Positions 34,311 through 46,053 of a stretch of 64,000 nt of DNA are shown piece after piece (position 1 is the stretch's first letter; each line of letters opens with the position of its first letter). Both the position numbers and the translations under genes were made by a program. The DNA comes from Macrostomum hystrix (lineage: Eukaryota; Animalia; Platyhelminthes). The DNA is taken from positions 10,726,001 through 10,790,000 of the forward strand of contig CATNEN010000001.1 of the NCBI GenBank assembly GCA_950097015.1, in the 5' to 3' direction. The notes below the pieces were generated by a model. The model did no database searches. It was not told the DNA's origin and saw nothing but the letters and a program-made list of their open reading frames with translations.

Positions 34311-37154
34311 CATAATTATTCCTAATACATATTTCCCATCATGTTCTACACGTTCTACTGGTCCAAAAATGTTATCTGTCACTTTTAGTTGTGATTGATG
34401 CGATTCTGCAGATTGCTGTATCTGCGGTGCTTCTGGAATTTTGTCCAAAGCCTTTTGCACCTGGGTTTCATGTATGTCGTCAATAGTTTCTTTGACTTGA
34501 TGATGTGGAGTGTGCTGCGGGATACGAGTGGGAGTGTGAACCAGCATAATTTTTCAAATTTTTAAGTATCTAATAATTGCGACCCACATAGCAGCTGGCC
34601 GCAAACAAGATCATTAATCTTAGGGCCGGGTTTTGGGCGGCGGTGAATTAAGTAGCCGTCGAATCCCTTCTCCCTGGATCTGTCTAGACCCCTGTAGGAA
34701 TGACTGATCGCGGCCATAGCTTTTATTGTATGAGTAGTTTAGGTCATAATTCCCCTCCAAACCGCGATCAGATGTCGGGAATCACTCGGGCATTATGAGT
34801 GATCATTAATTCTTCATGTCCCCATTTCTTTACAGTATTCGAGCCCAACTCGACTTTACAACCTCCCTCTCTTTAGATACATGTAAATGTCACTGTAGGC
34901 AGGTCGGCGCCTGCGCTTCCCATTGTCCCGGCGGAGTAACAATCATTTGGCTGTCTGCCGGCAGCTGCTTTCGAGGAGCATCTGTCGTTTCCCGCCGTCG
35001 GTTCATTGGGTAATCGGGGCGGCCCATCGCCGCTTCGATTCCCCGTTGACAGGCTGGCGCGAATGTGGGTTGTTTTGATGGATGTCGGGGTTGGCGTGCT
35101 GCAGGCCTATTTAAGCAAGCGCGCCGCGCTGCTCCCTCTAGGACCGCCCCACCGACCTTAACCTCCCTTCCTACCGTCCCGAACTTCCTTTCCTCCGGGA
35201 AACTCCCCAATCGCAAGACCTTCCCCGGACAGTTTCTCCCCCAGCTAGACTCTAGAGCTATAAGCTCAGACTAGTTCTACAGGCACATTGCCTGCTCCTA
35301 ATCCCCTAAGTTCAAGCCACCTCTTTAGGTGAGTCTTCAAATTGAGCCATAGAGCTTCCCTAGTGCGTTGGCCCCTGCCAGCTCATTCTAGCTTTTTCCC
35401 TTCTCTGACTCTGCTATTTTGCCCTGCCCTCCTTCGAGAACGACGGGCCTGTGGCACACAATCAGCATCCAGATAAGTAACCCGCGCAGCGGCTTTGTAA
35501 TTGTTAATCCTAAGGGACTTTTCTTTAATTAGGCGGCACTTTAGTGGGGAAAGGGCACTTGGACTTTTTGGCCTAATAAATTAGTGCTACTATCGCCAAA
35601 TCTTTTAACCATAGGCAAATCTTTAATAACAATTTAAATCCTCTCTGCTTTATTCTCCATGTTTATTTTATCTCTTAGACAGCCCTCAGAGATGAGTGGC
35701 TAATCTCCTAGGGGGTGGGCCCTGGTGATGCTGAGCTGAAGGCTGCGGCAGGAAGACAACTGTGAGCGCGCACAAGAGTAATATGGAGCTAGGGATTCGC
35801 GGGCAGATGCGGAGCGTAGCATATGCACCTCTGCCAGGGTGCGGGGGATTCCTTGGCGGGCTTCCCTCTCTCCCCGGCAGATCAAAGGGGTACGTGTCAA
35901 ACTCCCTTGCAAATGGAGTTCCCCTTCTTTCCCCCCTCCTCTCGCAACTACCGCCACAGGGGCGGGAGCGAGATCTAAATAGTCGTTCGCTTGCGTAATC
36001 ACTCAGCCAGTGTTCTGCTTAATCTCTCCTGCCTCTGATTTCCTCATCTCACACAGGTTCGGATTCGTTAGTTACCTAATGTGTAGGCTGCAATCTAATG
36101 TACGGAATGTGTCTGATGTTTCATGAGTAGGATTCTAGCTATGGATTTTCATTCGAGTTCTTAGTACCACCTTTCTAGACCCCTGTAGCGCGAATTCAGG
36201 AATCCCCTGTTGAGGCGTGTCTCGATCCATTCTGGGGTTCTCACCCCAGTCTAAAACGGAAGTTGCAGAATGCCCTATTTTTCGGCTTGTCTAGATCTGT
36301 GTGATGAACTGGGAGCTGTGTACTCCGGGGACCCAAGTTCCCAAATGTCTGCGGTGGCAACGTAGGCGCATTGGGTGGTGGCGCTACCCGAGATCTTTTT
36401 CCGTTTTGCCAATAGCCTTTCCGCATTTCTGTGACAAGAGCCTGGGCCGTTTCGACCACCGCTACCAAGGTTAGGAGTCGGTTATTTACATGCTACTGAC
36501 GACAGTAGGCTCTCTAGCCCTGTCCTATCTGTTTACGGATAGTCCGACACCTTACTTTAGACTTTTAGCCGGGTTCGAGCATTGCTAGGGGTAGGCACGG
36601 CAGTCATGCCTGTGGCCTATGGGACGAGTGGGACTGGCCAGCCTGAGGCCAATAGAGCAGAGCAAACATGTCTTCGTGCGATGTTGACAAACATCCTTGC
36701 GGTGGCCTTATTTACCGCAGCAGTAGCATTTCACATGATTGACCATGCTGCTTCCACTTGCTACGAGACTTCAAGGCTTTGTGATTGCTCAGTCTTTTCT
36801 GCGTCTCGGGCTTGGGCCTTTACTATGGAATTGTCTTTCTGATCAGTAGGACGTGATTGCCCTTCATCCGTCTTTCACCGCGGGTTACGGCTTCACATGC
36901 GGTTGCCAAGGACGTTACCCTTTTCCAATCAAGGACTGTCATTTTCTCGGAGAGCAGCTTGCGAACGATGTCCTTATTTGACAGTCCGAAGACGGACTGA
37001 TCTCGGAGTCTATTGTAATTCTATTGACTATTATAGTCTCATTTGCGTCGACCTCGCTGTGGATTGCCTCGCAGGCCTCAAGGTGAAGTAACTCGCTTGT
37101 TTGGTGATCTGGTTCGACGTCGGCCTTCAGCTCTGCTGAATGAATGGCAGGTTG

Positions 37155-37850
37155 TGATCAGCAAACGGAAGCAAAATGATGCGGCTTTGAACACTTTGCG
37201 CAGGTCTTTCCGTAGGCTGGACACTTTCTAAGAGCGGCAAAGGCTATTGTGGTCTGACTGTACTTTGCTCCGGTTCGCGCCTCCTCGGTGGCAAGGGATT
37301 GATGTCGAGGGACTCCGAGATTCTCAAGTTGATCTGTGTGCACTCGGCCTTTGATCTAGCGGATTGAGAGGCTACGAACTCCTGGACTTGGCTTATTTGT
37401 GCAACCAGTTCCACGATTTCAGCTATGTTCAGTTCTTTGACTTGCGTGTACTCCAGAACACGCTCACACTCCAGAACATCCCAGTAATAAGAGCCAGGCG
37501 AAGCATTTCATCCTCCGGGCTTGCAGCCTCTTTTAAGTTGTCGAATTGGCAGAAGCGAGCGGCCTGCCTCAGGCGAGGCTCCGACAGGGTCTACTTCTTC
37601 CAAAGCGGCGAAGTGGATTGGCACGTCACGCGCTGTCGCCTACGCCAAGCCATCTGTTCCTCCGCGCGTGCCGCAACAGGTTTAATGGTGAAGTTGCAAG
37701 CAGCAACGCACGTGACGCAGCTAATCAATTGGGCTGTGACATCAAGCGCGGCATTTTCGCCGTCGAGATTGAGTTCGCTAACGACGGTGATGGTGCTAAT
37801 GAAGTGCTCGCAAACTGACGTTGCTGTCTCTTTTCCATTGCGCCCGGGCA
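37155..37850 (-). pseudogene. Gypsy gag fragment
   Basis: CPAYGKTCAKCSKPHHFASVC zinc knuckle, with RLRQAARFCQF upstream. Confidence 0.75.
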
Positions 37851-39289
37851 CCCCTGTCCTATTCCAGGAACTATTCCTATTCCTATTACATGGTCAGTCT
37901 GACCTTATGGTATCGATATTTTCTTGCAAATGCGTGTCTATGTGTTGAACTAAGTACTAGAATTTGTGAGAATTTGGCAGTTAGCCATATCACGTAGTAC
38001 ATGCTTGCTACTCGCCCACACACTTGCATTAATTTGATATCCAGTTTAAGCAAATACGTATCGTAGCAAAATACAAGCGTAAATTATCACACAATTTTCT
38101 TCTGGTTCTGATTGTTTGCTTTGTGTTGTTTTTTGGGACGATTCTATATGGGATTAGCGTGTTTGCAGTAATTTAGATGACTTAAAAAGTTAAAATTATG
38201 CAGGCCCTAAATCTTAAACGCATTGATACCCAAAATATTATTCTGCTTAGATAAGAATAGTGTGTGTGGCATCTAACAAAAGTCATTGCCACCTCTGGAA
38301 CTGAAACTTATTGAATGAATGTTGTTGCTTCGAAAATATTGGACTCCTCGCGGTCTACTACGGTCGTCGCAAGCCAGACGCGCAAGAGCTGCTACTATGA
38401 GAGATAGGTCTTTAATGCTACTAACGAATTTCAGTTCCTATTTAATGACATCGCAACCAAGCTTGTTGTATAGTTGCGTTCGCCAACTCTTCCGCAAATG
38501 CATCCTTCCTGAACATGATCAGTTTCACTGGAAAGCATGGCTGCTCCTTTTGCACTATTACTGGAGTTCATTCACATCAATTTACAAAGATGACCTACCC
38601 CTACAAAGCGAACCCGAGCTCTTGGCGCGATTGCGAATCTCATGCTCATCACACCGAAGAGGGGAGTGAGAAGAAGGGGTGTGAGGGTTAGGGAAAGGGA
38701 ATTCCCCGATGCCCGATTTAAGTCTCTTAAACGCCAACTACAGTATACTATTTTGATGATCCGTTTTTTAGACAGTGTATGGCTATGCAGTTTCGCCTGT
38801 CCAAACTACATGTGACCATCAACCTGCTCACAAGTGCATCCATCTTTGTGTCCCTCATGGAGAGATGACGAATTGATCGATATGCATATTATGTCCAAAA
38901 TGTTAAGGGCATTAGGGGTTGCCGTCGACATGTATTCGCTCGTGCAGTGGCTCTTTCGATCGCTGACCATCTGATTTGATTACTGAATATCTCTGGAAAT
39001 ATTCAAATTTATGCTACAGTGTATATTGTACATGTAATTCAAGCTATACTGCACAGCATCATAATGTACAGCTGCGATTCCATCAGATAATTCGAAGACT
39101 GCAAGCATTTGAGACTAATGATAGGCACTGTGCTCGCTGCAAGGGAAATCCATGTTCACCTTATTCAACATTCAGCGTTTTTATTTCATTTGCAATACTC
39201 AACAAAAGCTAAAAAAAACCCCACGCTGTGTTGGCACAAAGCGCAGAAGTTAACGAAGTCATTGCAATTTCAACACTGTTATAGGTTTT

Positions 39290-39420
39290 AGCACATCTGT
39301 CCTGGAGGATGCATCGCGCAATGCGCCGCAGAATGCTAAGCAATTGCGACTGGCGGTCCTGAATGCCTGGCAGCTGCAGCTGCCCCAAGAATTCATCAAC
39401 CGGCTGGTGGTCCGAAACGA
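39290..39420 (+). pseudogene. Tc1-like transposase C-terminal fragment
   Basis: APQNAKQLRLAVLNAWQLQLPQEFINRLV matches 'P.N..EL..A...AW..IP...I..L'. Confidence 0.5.
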
Positions 39421-40639
39421 CACTTTTGCACGCAGTAGTTCCCACACGCTACTAAAGCACGACTGACTTCAATAACATTATATTGTCTCCTGACTGGCTT
39501 GAGTCTTGTGTGGCGGTTTGCTTTTGCTGAGTATATAAAATGTAATGTTGTGGCGTGCTAGCCAAATAGAGAAGTGCGAGTCCACGCGAGCGTATATTTG
39601 TGTGGAATTGTAAGAGTTCTAAACAGCTTTATAGAGTGGGCCCAGCGAGGAAGGGGAGAGAGGGCGGCTTCCAGTTGATGTGCGCGCGGCTTGTTATACG
39701 CTGCCACAACACTGAGCAAAACCCGCGAACGCATTCTCTAATACTGCATGTAAACGTATTAGTAATGATAAAACGGAATCAATAGTACAATAAACTGTAC
39801 TGCAGAAACGCATTGGAGCATACTGTACTGTAATAGTATATGATATGCCTGGTTGATGGAAGCCTGCAGGGGCTTGGTTGCTGAATCTGATCCATTCCAT
39901 ATATATCTACATGTATATATATATTCCAGATGCAGAGTGGTGCGGCCTGTGGAGTGCTTCATAGAGTTGACAAGTTACAAATGGACAAATTTACGTTTTA
40001 ACATCCAAATGTAAATTGCACTGACAATTAAGTTACAAGTCTGTCAGCCATACTACGCGCAAACATGTAAATCTGATTATTCACAACAGTAGAACATTCA
40101 CTCCTATACACTTGTCTCCCACTTTTACTGTACATGTAAGCTTTGTAGCATGCATGTCACTTGTCACATTTGTCGCTCACCAGTTGACCGCCACCGCAGC
40201 TGCCCATACGCCATGGGCGTGCACTACCCGGAGAGGCTGCCGTCCAGAGATCTGATGACTTGTGCTGACGTCACCCTGCACCGGCATAGTGTATGCTGCT
40301 CAGCCTGGCCTGCGGAGCACGGATCCGTCGGAACACTGGTGTTTGGTCCTCTAACACCAGCCGACCGAGTGGCTGCACTGCAGGCCATCAAACTCAGCCC
40401 CAAGATCCAGTAATAAGTTCACTTTACTGCAAATAGATATCCCAATAAAATCCGCGATCACGCTAATATTACAGTTTTTTAAATAAGAAATACGTAGTTT
40501 ACGCAGAATTGACTGCTGCGTGATTTTACATTTCAAAGATGAATCATTCACATTCCGTTATAAAAAAGCATTCTTAAAAATGTCTCGTTAATTTTTAATG
40601 ACTGTTAATTGGGTGCTCTAGATTTTAAAACAAACAGCA

Positions 40640-40752
40640 GACCCTGAAAGCAAAAGCCAGTCTATGGAGTGGAGGCAACCAGGCGAAGCACCACCTAGGA
40701 AGTTCAAGGTTCAGCGCACAGTCGGCATGGTCATGTCCGCCTTCTTCTGGGT
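40640..40752 (+). pseudogene. Mariner transposase fragment
   Basis: KSQSMEWRQPGEAPPRKFKVQRTVGMVMSAFFW matches the mariner 'QS.EW..G..PKK.K...GKVM..VFWD' segment. Confidence 0.7.
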
Positions 40753-41330
40753 TGCCGATTTATTTAGCACCCTGCTTTCTAGAAATTTCATGCCCCGTCA
40801 TTTTCTGTGAACCCTCCCATCTTTGTGGCACTCACACCAGATTTTCTTAGCACTCTGCCCAACTTTCTTAGCGATGCGCACCCTTTCGAAGCTCAAATTA
40901 GCCAACATCTTCTAGTACCCCAAATGTTTTATTTAAATCAGTGAATTGCATTGGAGGAGGAAGTTTGAAAAGTGCACTTTGGGGGGTTCAGTCACATCAT
41001 CCAGCAGAAACCCAGACGCAGGAGCGCAGACGCAGTTACTATATTATAACATAAGATTTGGGAATAAAACAATGTAAAGCAACTTTATTAATTTCAGAAC
41101 AAAAGTTTTAGTTTGAAACACAAGTAAAAGTCTAGCTGTATCAAAGCTTAAACGCTTACTAAAAAAGTCCTAGATAAAAACAAAACTTGCATAAAACAAC
41201 TTTAGGCAGCAAATTCAACATATTGTTTAACTGAGAAAATTGAAATTATTGTGAAATAAGCTGGCTGACACAGATAGATCCTCTCGGCAGCGTATTAAAA
41301 TCCGGCACTTCCGAGGCATTGAAGTTGAAG

Positions 41331-42198
41331 TCAGTCAGTAAATTTCGAACAAAATGCAGCATCCCCTCTAGCCGATGAGTCGGAAGAAATATACTCGGAA
41401 GAGTCATCCGATGCTTGCGAATGTGATGATGACTTGTTAGCACCACTGAGTGCGGAATATGAATGGATTTGAGGACTCAGCTGAAGACATTGAGACCGCA
41501 CAACATCAAGAGCGCAACGACATTTGGAAAATAACCCTGGCCTCCCATGTAGCAAGGCGATCGCTTGACTGAAGCGCAGTTGTAGACGAGAGGCTTCTTC
41601 GCGGATTAAATTGCACTCCTCACTTACTCGAGCAAGCAGAGCGGAAGCCTCAATGGCGCGTCGATGAAACTGGACAGCCGGCTCATCTACAGATACATCA
41701 TCGTAGACCTCGGCCATAGGATTCTTGTAAGTCATTAGAGGCCTCCTGGAAATTTCCGGCAGATCCTTGGACCATACTGCTGCCATCTCGCCCTCAACGA
41801 CAGAAAGTTCTGATGTGTACACCCTGGCGTCCTTTTGTGAGCTGCACTGGCGAATTTTCGAACTCAAACGCCACAGCTCAACAGCACCGCAACGGAGTCG
41901 CTCTAGCGGAGTTAACGGTAAGGCTTCCTGTTGAGCAAGGTACTCCTGTAGATGCAGCTGCCCCTGTTGCAAAACTAGATGCGGATCACGCCCTGGAAAA
42001 AAATGAGTTTCGAGTTCGACGCAAGGTAATGGCTAATCTAATCGATTCGACTAATCGAAGGCAAACCGAATCTAAGTTAAAGAGTAAGTACATTAAGTAG
42101 TAAAATGTAATCACCTTCCGGAAGTAATTGGTGCAATATATCTTTCAAAGATGCCGAGTGTTTGTCCAACAGTCGCAGTCTGTCCTTCAACCATGAAG
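41331..42198 (-). pseudogene. 3' exons of a second, diverged KDZ transposase
   Basis: Exons 42198-42115 (SWLKDRLRLLDKHSASL) and 41992-41331 (GQLHLQEYL...PLTPLERLRCGAVE) are homologous to the last two exons of 19043-22197, with the same intron positions. Confidence 0.88.
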
Positions 42199-42644
42199 CT
42201 GAAATTAGAAGCGAATAATGGAAAACATATATTATGTTATTACGGATCTTAAAAGAAGGCCGAATAAATTCTGCGGAAAACTGGTAGTGGTAATTAATGA
42301 TACGGAATACAATTACGGGGTATATACAGTGCATCAATTTAATGTATCTTATAAATATAATACTATCTTAATTAGACATGTAACAATGCATAGCACGCAC
42401 CGCTCTGAAGCAAATTGTTAGCATTGGAACGCCAAACATCCATGTGAAAAGGTGCTGACGAAACGGTGGCGAAACGGCGGCTGCCTGGCTTACGCCTGGC
42501 GAAAAAATCGAACTACGATAAATATCCCGAAATTTAAGGCAATCCCCTAAATTTATGTTTCTCGTACCCCTGCAGTGCAAATTTTGCTGTTCTAAACTTA
42601 TTTGAGAATATACTATCAGTGGCTAAAATTCGTGAAGAGCTAGA

Positions 42645-42942
42645 ATCCGTGCCGCGATGGGGCCGGAAGCCGTTCTGCTTAGGTCGCAGATACGGATCCA
42701 GCACGGGCTGAAACCGCGATAGCAGCATCCGGTTGAACAGCTTCGCAGCACAGGACTGAAGGCAGATTCCTCGATGCTCCACTAGCCTTGTGGTGCCCGG
42801 CTTCTTAGGAATAGCGACGATGTGCGCCGTGGTCCATTCGTTGGGTGCGCCTCACCGAAGAGCACGAGGTTCATCACACCAGCGACCTCACTGGCCACAC
42901 AGTGGATGCGCAGCGCCTCGATGGGCACCTCATCCGGACCTA
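42645..42942 (-). pseudogene. Non-LTR RT fragment
   Basis: GPDEVPIEAL, EWTTAHIVAIPKK, HRGICLQSCAAKLFNRMLL, QNGFRPHRGT. Confidence 0.8.
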
Positions 42943-43849
42943 TCTTTGTTTAGATTTGATAGCTCCTAAGGCTCAAATGAATAATTTATGAATCCACCTC
43001 TTACACAAACGAATTTTTAGTCTGGTATGTAGGTGGTGGATTACTCAAAACAGTAGTCTGCGCCAGAACCTGTCAGTAGCGAACGCTTGAATATACTCGT
43101 ACTCATATAAACGAAATAATATGGGTCACTAATAATTTTAAAAGTAAGGGAAATTTATTACTTTTTTCAGCATTTTACCTCATACTCATACCTCATGGGT
43201 CACCATTCATTAATCATGACCTACGGGTGGGAACCTTGTAAAAAGCAAAAACATTGGCGCTCAAAGAAAATGAATAAAAAAAAGTACCAAAAGCCTTTAA
43301 ACGTACTTCAAATTTCAAACATTACGTATTTGTTAAAGATTTTTATAACCACATTCAACTATAATATTTTACTTGCATGTCAACGTTAAGGTTCAGGACG
43401 CCCAATGATTTAAAACAGTGTAAATTTGGTGTAGTAAAGCATATAAGCGTGAATTACGGAGCGAAAGATGGCTTCCGGTTTCCAGCTTATAGAGACAACG
43501 ATGAGATTGACAAATGAGATGAGATTGACAAATGAAATGAGATTGATTTTATTGACAAAAAACTAAAATGCACGAGGCAATTGAAAGTAAAATGCTGCCT
43601 TAAATTTCAGACATACCAGACAGACAAATATACAAGTCAGATAAAACAACTATCAAAACTAACACACGGCGCATAGTGAAAGCATAGAGGCGCATTGACA
43701 AAGTCGATTCTTTAGCTCATTCATTCTCATTCATTAGCTCATAAAAATCAGCTAAGTCAGTGTCAATCAGCATGTTCTTCTATACTATGCAAAAAGTTTA
43801 TTTTTTCAATGCAAAAATATTTTTCTTTCGGACGTGATATAAACGAATA

Positions 43850-43983
43850 TGGGTGACATGCTAAAAGCCAGTGGAGGCTGCGAGTTGGCGGCTCTGGGTG
43901 GAAGAAGTTCAGAGAGCTGTCTGGTGCTCTGTGCGGGAAGGACGTGCCAGAAAATGTGAAAGGGATGGTGTACAGAACAGTTT
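43850..43983 (+). pseudogene. RTE-clade RT C-terminal fragment
   Basis: GWKKFRELSGALCGKDVPENVKGMVYRTV. Confidence 0.6.
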
Positions 43984-44127
43984 AAATCAATGAAATGAAA
44001 TTCAGAATGTTCCAAAATGAAAAGAAATTTCGTTTTTTAATTTTTTATGAAAATACACTTCAGAAAATTACGATGGACAGGTGCTAATTCTGACAGCACG
44101 AATAGAGGTGTTTGACAACGTTGGTGC

Positions 44128-44680
44128 AGATGCACCGCCGCGTCGGACAGTCACAGCAGAGCTGCCTTAGACTACAGAGCTGCCCTGGACTGCACCGCCG
44201 CCTCGAATAGTTACAGCAGAGCTGCTCTGGACTGCACCGACGCCTCGAACAGTCACAGCAGAGCTGCCTTGGACTGCACCGACGCCTCGAACAGTCACAG
44301 CAGAGCTGCTCTGGACTGCACCGACGCCTCGAACAGTCACAGCATAGCTGCCTTGGACTGCACCGACGCCTCGAACAGTCACAGCAGAGCTGCCTTGGAC
44401 TGCACCGACGCCTCGAACAGTCACAGCAGAGGCACCAGAACTACTGTGAGACGACGAAGCTGTGCTGCCATAATTTAACTCCTCATTAGTATCGCCTTCA
44501 ACGGCGCTCTCAAACGCTCTTACAGAGAATTGAATTCGATCGCGCGCCTTCCATGTGGAGTCAAGTTTATGCCTCTTCAATAGTTTAGGTGGTCGATCAG
44601 CTGGCACTCCAGTAGGCCAATTAAGCCAACAATTGGCGTACTTTTTGTAGGCCATTTTCCGGACCCACCGCCTGCAACTG
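44128..44680 (-). pseudogene. Exon with a WPxGVP motif followed by a 39-bp coding tandem repeat
   Basis: ORF 44167..44655 reads MAYKKYANCWLNWPTGVP...RDRIQF, then an acidic linker and (SSAVTVRGVGAVQ)n. A splice acceptor lies near 44678. Confidence 0.45.
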
Positions 44681-44755
44681 AAGATAAGGATTGCGATATT
44701 ATATATTTACCGCAACGAAAATTTGTAGAGTATATTAGCAGAGACACAGTGTCTA

Positions 44756-46053
44756 TTAAATGTTTTGCTAAATTTAAAAGAAAGCTTCGAATTGAGGTTC
44801 TGACGGAAAAGAGCTTTGCTTACTGAACTTATTTGTTAGCATTGTGCTGGTCTTCAGCCGAAGCTTAGGCACGTTAAGCCGCTCGATTGCAGTGGTTTTG
44901 TCCCGTGATCGTAACATAACCTAAAATGTAAGGGTTTAATCATTTTTGCGAGTGGTGAACTTGAAGATCAGTTTGTGCTTCGCAAAAAGCCCATATATTC
45001 ATAGAAGCTTAAAACATATGATAAGCTCACTTCAGAGAGACCGGACTTTTCAACTTCGCCTTGAATCGAAGAAGTTTCATAAATGAAAACTTATCCGTTC
45101 GGTAGTCCTAGGCAAATTGCGATGGCAGTGTCTCTTTTCTCAGAAGTCCGCATCTGGAATTCACACAATAAAATGTCGCTTATAGTAAAATTTGGGTTGT
45201 ACGAAGGGTGTCTGGTAAGTTGTTACTTTTTAATATCTTGCGTTTAGAAATTCACACCTATAGGCCTTTCAAATTTCATATTCACGATGCCAGAACCAGA
45301 ATCGATTCTGTCTTTCTTATTTTGACTTGTCTGAAAAATACGCACTTAGTTTTCTTTATTTTTAACTTTAAACCATCTCAATATTCCTTTTTTGTTTTGT
45401 TGCTTAAATGTTTTGCTAAATTTAAAAGAAAGCTTCGAATTGAGGTTCTGACGGAAAAGAGCTTTGCTTACTGAACTTATTTGTTAGCATTGTGCTGGTC
45501 TTCAGCCGAAGCTTAGGCACGTTAAGCCGCTCGATTGCAGTGGTTTTGTCCCGTGATCGTAACATAACCTAAAATGTAAGGGTTTAATCATTTTTGCGAG
45601 TGGTGAACTTGAAGATCAGTTTGTGCTTCGCAAAAAGCCCATATATTCATAGAAGCTTAAAACATATGATAAGCTCACTTCAGAGAGACCGGACTTTTCA
45701 ACTTCGCCTTGAATCGAAGAAGTTTCATAAATGAAAACTTATCCGTTCGGTAGTCCTAGGCAAATTGCGATGGCAGTGTCTCTTTTCTCAGAAGTCCGCA
45801 TCTGGAATTCACACAATAAAATGTCGCTTATAGTAAAATTTGGGTTGTACGAAGGGTGTCTGGTAAGTTGTTACTTTTTAATATCTTGCGTTTAGAAATT
45901 CACACTTATAGGCCTTTCAAATTTCATATTCACGATGCCAGAACCAGAATCGATTCTGTCTTTCTCATTTTGACTTGTCTGAAAAATACGCACTTAGTTT
46001 TCTTTATTTTTAACTTTAAACCATCTCAATATTCCTTTTTTGTTTTGTTGCTT
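44756..46053 (+). repeat. Near-perfect 648-bp tandem duplication
   Basis: Copies start at 44756 and 45404. Matching ORFs at 45208 and 45856. Confidence 0.95.

Noticed and set aside
3641-46053. Similar periods (649 vs 648 bp) of two tandem duplications
   Set aside because: The sequences are unrelated. Treated as coincidence.
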